A stretch of DNA of 64,000 nt from Alistipes finegoldii (GTDB taxonomy: Bacteria; Bacillota_I; Bacilli_A; Acholeplasmatales; Anaeroplasmataceae), in NCBI GenBank assembly GCA_963621965.1, contig CAVFGN010000003.1:8107-72106 (forward strand). Reading direction: 5' to 3'. Below are positions 57,694 through 64,000 of the stretch, in pieces. Position 1 is the first letter of the stretch. Each line of letters opens with the position of its first letter. The notes below the pieces were generated by a model. It did no database searches. It was given only the letters and a program-made list of their open reading frames with translations, and was not told the DNA's origin. The position numbers and the translations under genes were made by a program.

Positions 57694-58887
57694 TTAATGT
57701 TTCATATAAGCTCTAAGCTTATCAGATTTAGAAGGGTGTCTTAATTTTCTTAAAGCCTTAGCTTCAATTTGTCTAATTCTTTCACGAGTTAGAACAAACA
57801 TTTTACCTACTTCTTCAAGAGTACGAGGATGATTATCATCAAAACCATAACGAAGTTTTAATATTTCAGCTTCACGCTCAGTTAAATATGTCTTAAGTGC
57901 GTATTCTAGTTCTTCACGTAACTTGATTTTTTCAGCATATTCATATGGTGTATCGTTTGAAGTATCCGCAATAAAATCACCGAGTGTAGAATCTTCTTCT
58001 TCACCAATTGGTTTTTCAAGAGATACAGGTTCTTGGGCTATCTTTAAAATATATTGAACCTTTTCAGGAGCTAAACCCATTCTTTGACCGATTTGTTCGA
58101 ATGATGGTTCGCCGCTATTTTCTTGTACCAATTCTCGCTGTACACGCATTAAACGATTAATTGTTTCAACCATATGTACAGGAATTCTAATTGTACGAGC
58201 TTGATCTGCAATAGCACGAGTAATTGCTTGTCTTATCCACCATGTAGCATAAGTAGAAAATTTGAATCCTTTTTCAACTTCAAACTTGTCAACAGCCCTA
58301 AGTAAACCTTGGTTACCTTCTTGAATTAAATCTAGGAAAGATAAACCTCTATTAGAATACTTTTTAGCAATATTTACAACTAAACGTAAGTTTGCATCAG
58401 TTAATCTATTTCTTGCATAACTTCCGTCTTCTTCAATAGCACATAACTCTTCGTATTCTTCGTCACTTACTTCCTCTTCACCAGAGTCAATTTTTTCAAG
58501 TCTTTCACGTGCCTCTTTGCCTTTAACAATTTTGTTAGCTAACTCTTTTTCTTCTTCATAAGTTAAAAGTTTGATGCTACCGATTTCTTTTAAATACATT
58601 CTTACAGGGTCATTTGTATTAACTTGACTAACAATACGTTCGAAAGTTTCATTTGAAGTTACTTCTTCATCTTCTAAATCACTTAATTCAGCTAAATCAG
58701 GTTCGTCTTGATTTAGTGAATCATCTTCTTCAATTACTTTAACGCCTTCCGCATCTAATAGTTCGATTAATTTATCATATTCTTCACTTTCAGAGGAATA
58801 ATATACAGCAAGGTCTTTTCCGGAAACAACGTTGTTATTTTTTTGACCTAACTCAACTAATTTATTTTTTACATCATCAAAATTCAT
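57694..58887 (-). CDS. rpoD: Primary sigma factor (SigA/RpoD), canonical copy
   Basis: [74 protein letters not shown]. Near-identical to the Bacillus SigA core as I recall it. Confidence 0.9.
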   Translation of the reverse strand: MNFDDVKNKLVELGQKNNNVVSGKDLAVYYSSESEEYDKLIELLDAEGVKVIEEDDSLNQDEPDLAELSDLEDEEVTSNETFERIVSQVNTNDPVRMYLKEIGSIKLLTYEEEKELANKIVKGKEARERLEKIDSGEEEVSDEEYEELCAIEEDGSYARNRLTDANLRLVVNIAKKYSNRGLSFLDLIQEGNQGLLRAVDKFEVEKGFKFSTYATWWIRQAITRAIADQARTIRIPVHMVETINRLMRVQRELVQENSGEPSFEQIGQRMGLAPEKVQYILKIAQEPVSLEKPIGEEEDSTLGDFIADTSNDTPYEYAEKIKLREELEYALKTYLTEREAEILKLRYGFDDNHPRTLEEVGKMFVLTRERIRQIEAKALRKLRHPSKSDKLRAYMKH

Positions 58888-58900
58888 TTATATTCTCCTT

Positions 58901-59650
58901 TTAAATAAATTTTTTTAAACTTAGCCAATTCTTAACCAATTTAGTCCAAGAATTTATATAACTATCTTCTTTTCCATTAGTCATAGAAGAATCAGCCAAA
59001 CTCATACCATGTTCACCTTTAGAATACATATGAAATTCAGTGTTAATATTATGTTTATATAATTCTTCAACTAAATAGATTGAATTTAACGGATTGACAG
59101 ACTTGTCTGTATATGTTGTCCAAATGAAAACATCACACAATTTATCAATATGTTTTTCAAGAGATAACTTTTCTAATAATTCTTTGCTTGCTTTATCTTC
59201 TAATAAATATTCAAAAGAGCCTCTATGAGCAATGTCGTTTAAGCTCGATACAACAGGATAACACAAAATTAGACCATCAGGCATAGAATTTTTACCATAT
59301 TCATTATGGTAAATTGCTTGACTTAAACATAAGTGTCCTCCTGCAGAAAAACCTATATTAATAATTTTTTCGCCAATATGATATTTAGTATTATTAATAC
59401 GAAAATAGTCATTAACATAAGCTAATTCGTTTTGAGGTGTAGGATAAATATCTAAAGTTTCTCTATAATTTAAAACCACAGTATGAAATCCTAAATTTAG
59501 AAAAAATTCAGATACATTTTTTGCTTCAAATTTAGAAGTATGATTATACCCACCACCTGGAACTATAACTACAAGATTTTTAGTATCCTCACTTGTGCTA
59601 TAATACGTGAAAAAGTTTTTAGAATTATTAAAAAATATTTGTTCTTCCAT
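58901..59650 (-). CDS. Alpha/beta hydrolase (esterase/lipase-like)
   Basis: VIVPGGGY and the nucleophile elbow GFSAGGH. Confidence 0.6.
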   Translation of the reverse strand: MEEQIFFNNSKNFFTYYSTSEDTKNLVVIVPGGGYNHTSKFEAKNVSEFFLNLGFHTVVLNYRETLDIYPTPQNELAYVNDYFRINNTKYHIGEKIINIGFSAGGHLCLSQAIYHNEYGKNSMPDGLILCYPVVSSLNDIAHRGSFEYLLEDKASKELLEKLSLEKHIDKLCDVFIWTTYTDKSVNPLNSIYLVEELYKHNINTEFHMYSKGEHGMSLADSSMTNGKEDSYINSWTKLVKNWLSLKKFI

Positions 59651-60306
59651 TATTTAAGTATCTCCTCATACATAGCTTTTTCCATTTTTAATTTAGAAAT
59701 ACTTTGTTTATCTTTAGCTAGTAATAAAGCTTCTTTTGTCTTTTCAAGTAATTTTGTATATTTATCAACAAAAATTTGTGGCTTTTCTTTACGTAAAATA
59801 GGACCAAAATTCATATCATAGAAATCATACTTTTGTTCTAATGGTTTATTTGTGACAACTAAAATTTCATAAATTTTAGAGTTATCACTAATCATATATT
59901 CTTCTTCGATTTTAAATAAATTATTAATCAAGAAGAATCTTAATTTTGGTGTATTTGAGTGCGGAGAAAATATCATTTTAGTAAAAGACTTAGTATAATC
60001 AATATCATAGCTTAAAATATCTACAATATTTTCTCCACCCATGCCTGAAATGACAAGTGTATCACATTTTGGTTCAATAGCTGAAAATCCATCAGATAAG
60101 TACAAAGAGATTTTATCTTCAAGATTGGCCTTTTTTATATTTTCCTTAGCACATTCAAGAGGTTTGTTTGCAACATCAATGCCAACACCACTATTTACGC
60201 CGTAATCGCTTATGGCTTTAATTAATGTGTAAGCATGATCACAACCAACATCAACAACCGAATTCGCCCCTTTAGTAAGGGAGGCTATAAAATCTAATCT
60301 TTCCAT
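59650..60306 (-). CDS. trmK: tRNA (adenine22-N1)-methyltransferase TrmK
   Basis: VVDVGCDHAY, VISGMGG. Conserved position downstream of dnaG-sigA. Confidence 0.75.
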   Translation of the reverse strand: MERLDFIASLTKGANSVVDVGCDHAYTLIKAISDYGVNSGVGIDVANKPLECAKENIKKANLEDKISLYLSDGFSAIEPKCDTLVISGMGGENIVDILSYDIDYTKSFTKMIFSPHSNTPKLRFFLINNLFKIEEEYMISDNSKIYEILVVTNKPLEQKYDFYDMNFGPILRKEKPQIFVDKYTKLLEKTKEALLLAKDKQSISKLKMEKAMYEEILK

Positions 60307-61499
60307 TATTTATTCAAATATCCTTTTATTCTATTACTTCTTTGAGGATGTCTTAATTTTTTAAGAGCTTTAGCCTCAATTTGTCTGATTCTTTCACGAG
60401 TGATATTAAAAATTTTACCAACTTGTTCAAGAGTCATAGGATGTCCGTCATCCCAGCCGTAACGAAGTTTAATAACTCTTTCTTCTTTATCAGTTAGATA
60501 ACGTTTCATGGATAGTTCAAGATCTTCACGTAATTTAATACGTTCTGCATATTGATATGGAGTATCATTTGAAGTATCCGCAATAAAATCTTCTTGTGTA
60601 GATTCTTTATCTTCACCTACAGGTTTATCTAAACTTATAGGATCTTTAGCACTATTTAAGAAAAATTGAACTTTTTCTTCAGTCATTCCCATCTTATCAG
60701 CTATTTCTTTAGTACTAGGATCTCTTCCTAGTTCTTGAACAAGTTCACGCTCTACTTGGATAATCTTAGTAATTTTTTCATTAACATGAACTGGTAGTCT
60801 TATAGTTCTGCCTTGATCAGAAATAGCTCTATTTATAGCTTGTTTAATCCACCATGTTGCATAAGTTGAAAACTTGAAACCTTTTTCAACTTCAAATTTA
60901 TCGATAGCCTTAAGTAAGCCCTTAGTGCCTTCTTGAATTAAATCCATGAAGGCAAGACCTCTGTTTGTAAATCTTTTTGCTATATTTGCTACTAAACGTA
61001 GGTTCGAGTTAGTTAGTTTTTCACGTGCTAAATCTCCCTTTTCTTCAATATCTAATAGCTCATTGTACTCATCAAGAGATACAACGATTTCTTCATTATC
61101 AACTTTACTTAATTTTTCTTTAGCTTCTCTACCATATTTAATTTTGTAGGCTAAATCAATTTCTTCATCACGTTTCAATAAAGGAAATTTTCCTATGTCT
61201 TTAAAGAATAATTTAACAACATCATTAGAATTTGTACTAGTAACTTCAAAAGCAATAGTTTCTAAATCTTCGTCGGTTACTTCTTCAACATCATCTTCAA
61301 GTTCTGCTAAATTAGGTTCTTCTTCGGGTAATTCATCTTCTTCAAGGACTTTTATGCCCTCATTATCAAGAAGTTCAACCATCGTATCAAATGGATCAGT
61401 ATCAATTTCAATGTATTTAGCAACATCTTTAACACTAATAACATTATTATTAGCTTTAGCTAATTCAATTAATTTGTTTTTAATTTCTTCTTGATTCAT
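60306..61499 (-). CDS. Second full-length group-1-like sigma-70 factor (diverged RpoD paralogue), in the canonical dnaG-adjacent position
   Basis: Same length (397 aa) and same domain order as the other copy. [55 protein letters not shown]. Region 1.2 and parts of regions 2 and 3 are diverged (NDVVKLFFKDIG, KESTQEDFI). Confidence 0.85.
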   Translation of the reverse strand: MNQEEIKNKLIELAKANNNVISVKDVAKYIEIDTDPFDTMVELLDNEGIKVLEEDELPEEEPNLAELEDDVEEVTDEDLETIAFEVTSTNSNDVVKLFFKDIGKFPLLKRDEEIDLAYKIKYGREAKEKLSKVDNEEIVVSLDEYNELLDIEEKGDLAREKLTNSNLRLVANIAKRFTNRGLAFMDLIQEGTKGLLKAIDKFEVEKGFKFSTYATWWIKQAINRAISDQGRTIRLPVHVNEKITKIIQVERELVQELGRDPSTKEIADKMGMTEEKVQFFLNSAKDPISLDKPVGEDKESTQEDFIADTSNDTPYQYAERIKLREDLELSMKRYLTDKEERVIKLRYGWDDGHPMTLEQVGKIFNITRERIRQIEAKALKKLRHPQRSNRIKGYLNK

Positions 61500-61512
61500 A
61501 ATTACCTCCTAT

Positions 61513-63381
61513 TTATTTTTTAGAATCAATTCTACGCTTATTAATTCTTTTTAATTTCTCAATCATATCCTCAAGTTCAAGTAATTGTTCTTCACTAGAT
61601 TTATTTTTAAAATCAGTTTTAGAAGGAAGAAGAGAGGAATAAAAAATAGCATTTATACACTCTTCTAAATCTCGAGAATTATAAACATCACTGTCTTTTA
61701 AATTAAACAATGTTTTTTTGTCCGAAATTATACAATTATAATAACGGTCGTCCCCTAGCATTGATAGAAATGTGCCTTCATTATATGTATCATAAACATT
61801 ATAATAAGTATTAATTAATTCATCCCAAAGTTCTTGGTGAATCTTATCAAAACACATATAAAGTGGTTTCCCATTTTCAGACATTGAATCTATTTTTAAA
61901 GCTAGATTTTTGCTCTTACGGGCATAATTAAATAGCCTTAATTCAGCACGTTGTCTAAATAAAAGATTGTTCCACTCATTTTCTGTATAGCCTAAGAACG
62001 TATATGAATCATTTTTATATACATATTTTTGTGTATTTTTTAATTTTTGCTCACCACTAATTGTAGGATATAATGGATTTGTATCAATTTTGACTTTGTG
62101 ATAATTATTATAATCTAGCATTAAAGAAGTCTCAGAAATTCCAGACTCTTCACTAAATTTCTTTAAATATCCTTCAATTAACGTGTTAGAATTTAACATA
62201 TCAAAGAAACGGAACAATGAAGTTTTTATTTCTTCAATAACATCAAGTTTAGTTAAATCCTTATCTAAAGTTATATAAGAATAGATAAAATCATTAGGGT
62301 TTTCTAAATGACTGTCAAAATATTCTTTATATTTTTCTTCACCATATTTCTTTACATATTCATCAGGGTCTAAACCGTCAGGTAAACGAACAAGAGATAA
62401 ATTGATATTACCTTCGTTTTTGATCAACTTGATAGCTTTCATCATTGCATTAATGCCCGCTTTATCTCCGTCGTAACATATTACAATGTTTTCTGTTTGA
62501 TTATGAAGTAGCTTTACTTGATTTATAGTTAATGCTGTACCCATCGAACAAACAGCTTCACCAAGTCCAGATTTTGTACTTGCGATTACATCTAATTGCC
62601 CCTCGTGTAATATTACTCGATTTCTTTTAACAATATATGGTAAGGCTTTATCAATATGATACAAACTTAAATTCTTCTTAAATATTACAGTTTCTGGAGA
62701 ATTTATATATTTTGCTGTATCATTTTCCCCTGAAAATATTCTAGCACTAAAGGCTATAATATTGCCTTTTATATCGGTTACAGGAAAAGTTATACGTTTT
62801 CTAAATATATCGTAAAATCCACTATTGTTTTCGGATTTTTTGATTAAACCACAATCAAGTAAATCTAGATCCGTATATTTCGCATCTTTTAAAGTTAAAT
62901 AAAGACTGTCCATTTTGTCGGGCGCAAGTCCTATATTAAATTCTTCAATTATTTCTTTTGTAATTCCACGATTTTCTAAATATTTAAGTGCTTCAAGCCC
63001 TAGTTTAGTATGTAAAAGCGAAAAATGGTAGAAATCAGCAGAATCACTCATTATTTGATAATACTTTGAATAATCTGGCCCACTTTTCTTTTTAATGTTA
63101 AGTTCGACTCCAGCTCTATTGGCTAGTTCTATGCAAGCCTCTTCAAATTTTATGTGTTTTATTTTCATCAAAAATTTAATAGGGCTTCCGCCACCACCGC
63201 AGCCAAAACATTTGGCAATTTTTTTAGTCGGACTGACCATAAAACTACCAGTTTTTTCTTCGTGAAACGGACATAATCCTTTGTAGTCTGAACCAGCTTT
63301 ATGAAGGGATACAAATTCACTTGCCAAAGATACAATATCAGTTTTATCAATAATCTCTTGTATTTTATCTTGTTCAATCAT
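61513..63381 (-). CDS. dnaG: DNA primase
   Basis: Zinc finger CPFHEEKTGSFMVSP..CFGCG. Toprim EGQLDVI..DGDKAG. Confidence 0.9.
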   Translation of the reverse strand: MIEQDKIQEIIDKTDIVSLASEFVSLHKAGSDYKGLCPFHEEKTGSFMVSPTKKIAKCFGCGGGGSPIKFLMKIKHIKFEEACIELANRAGVELNIKKKSGPDYSKYYQIMSDSADFYHFSLLHTKLGLEALKYLENRGITKEIIEEFNIGLAPDKMDSLYLTLKDAKYTDLDLLDCGLIKKSENNSGFYDIFRKRITFPVTDIKGNIIAFSARIFSGENDTAKYINSPETVIFKKNLSLYHIDKALPYIVKRNRVILHEGQLDVIASTKSGLGEAVCSMGTALTINQVKLLHNQTENIVICYDGDKAGINAMMKAIKLIKNEGNINLSLVRLPDGLDPDEYVKKYGEEKYKEYFDSHLENPNDFIYSYITLDKDLTKLDVIEEIKTSLFRFFDMLNSNTLIEGYLKKFSEESGISETSLMLDYNNYHKVKIDTNPLYPTISGEQKLKNTQKYVYKNDSYTFLGYTENEWNNLLFRQRAELRLFNYARKSKNLALKIDSMSENGKPLYMCFDKIHQELWDELINTYYNVYDTYNEGTFLSMLGDDRYYNCIISDKKTLFNLKDSDVYNSRDLEECINAIFYSSLLPSKTDFKNKSSEEQLLELEDMIEKLKRINKRRIDSKK

Positions 63382-63400
63382 TCATATCCCTCCTTAATAA

Positions 63401-64000
63401 TTAATATTTAATTTGCTTTTCGATATAGTCTACAACTTCATCAAGTTTTAATGTAACTTGTTCCATTGTATCTCTATTTCTTACTGTAACTGTGTTATTA
63501 TTAATAGTTTCATCATCAACTGTTACACAGAATGGTGTACCAATCGAATCTTGTCTTCTATAACGCTTACCAATAGCTTGTGCATCGTCATAAGTTGTAC
63601 TAAATTCTTTTGCAAGAAGTTCATACACTTCGGTTGCTTTTTCTGTGTGCATCTTCTTAATTAACGGAAGTACACAAACCTTGTAAGGGGACAAATGATA
63701 CTTAAGTCTTAATACTTCTCTAGTGTCTCCATTTTCTAAAGTTTCAGTATCATAAGCGCTAAATAAAATAGCTAACATAAGTCTACCTACACCAACGCTT
63801 GGTTCAACAACGTAAGGTACATATTTAGTGTTTGTTTCAGGATCTAAGTACTCTAAATTTTCCTTAGAATGTTCCATATGACGCTTTAAGTCGTAATCAG
63901 TACGGCTTGCAATACCCCAAAGTTCGCCATATCCCCATGGAAAGTTATATTCAATATCAGTAGTAGCTTTAGAATAGAATGCAAGTTCCTTCTTGTCGTG
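63401..64000 (-). CDS. glyQS: Glycyl-tRNA synthetase (homodimeric GlyQS type); 5' part lies outside the window
   Basis: Class II motif-3 region VVEPSVGVGRLMLAIL and a C-terminal anticodon-binding domain. The reading frame stays open to the window edge. Confidence 0.85.
   Translation of the reverse strand, partial: HDKKELAFYSKATTDIEYNFPWGYGELWGIASRTDYDLKRHMEHSKENLEYLDPETNTKYVPYVVEPSVGVGRLMLAILFSAYDTETLENGDTREVLRLKYHLSPYKVCVLPLIKKMHTEKATEVYELLAKEFSTTYDDAQAIGKRYRRQDSIGTPFCVTVDDETINNNTVTVRNRDTMEQVTLKLDEVVDYIEKQIKY

Noticed and set aside
530-63664. About 35 short ORFs (60-125 aa) in the track lie antisense to, or nested in, the long genes (for example 530-721, 2599-2885, 5488-5838, 18660-19034, 24984-25331, 45337-45594, 61195-61494).
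   Set aside because: All lie inside well-supported housekeeping CDS on the opposite strand or in another frame. They lack an RBS and have skewed low-complexity composition typical of antisense read-through in AT-rich DNA.
1-64000. Search for tRNA, rRNA, tmRNA and RNase P genes, and for transposase or IS elements.
   Set aside because: No T-loop (GGTTCGAAT-type) or cloverleaf candidates were seen in any intergenic region. No gap other than 12.2-17.2 kb is long enough for rRNA. No transposase-like ORF or terminal inverted repeat pair flanks a gene.

Overview
AT-rich (about 28-30% GC by eye) segment from a low-GC Gram-positive or Mollicutes-related chromosome. It uses the standard genetic code: a full-length RF2 gene is present and the long ORFs are unbroken. 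I call about 51 CDS, nearly all housekeeping. In order: parE-parC; a long uridine-kinase-family gene; a galactoside operon (GPH symporter, GH36-like alpha-galactosidase, GT-B-like protein, galK); deoB-xerD-hemW; yqeG-yqeH-yqeK::rsfS; greA; a U32 pair; ffh-ylxM-ftsY; topA; rnhB-rbgA-lepB-ftsK; recX; prfB-secA; hpf; metK; fmt-priA; a folT-like gene; two full-length rpoD paralogues; trmK; dnaG; glyQS. No rRNA, tRNA, CRISPR array or intact mobile element was seen. The unusual part is 12.2-17.2 kb, where gene orientation converges (+ strand on the left; 42 of 43 CDS on the - strand on the right). This 4.9 kb holds one confident CDS, a degenerate Fic-fold/winged-helix protein with a consensus promoter. 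It also holds a 28-bp site matching the Firmicute dif consensus (14787-14814). About ten copies of a CTAG-bounded 17-bp palindrome (CTAGTTTTTAAAACTAG) are spread almost symmetrically, about 2.3 kb to each side of dif. A second repeat family consists of hairpins with conserved stems (AATCGAGAT/ATCTCGATT) and unrelated loops. I read this as the replication terminus carrying an undescribed non-coding repeat system; its function is inference only. Elsewhere there are two riboswitches. An S-box (SAM-I-like) leader with no recognisable P4 heads priA-fmt-...-metK. A THF riboswitch precedes a FolT fusion protein. Other points of note are an in-frame yqeK-rsfS fusion, an FtsK without membrane segments, and an orphan gene inside hpf-secA synteny. 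All calls come from manual reading. Hairpin and motif coordinates may be off by 1-2 nt, and no database or covariance-model search was possible.
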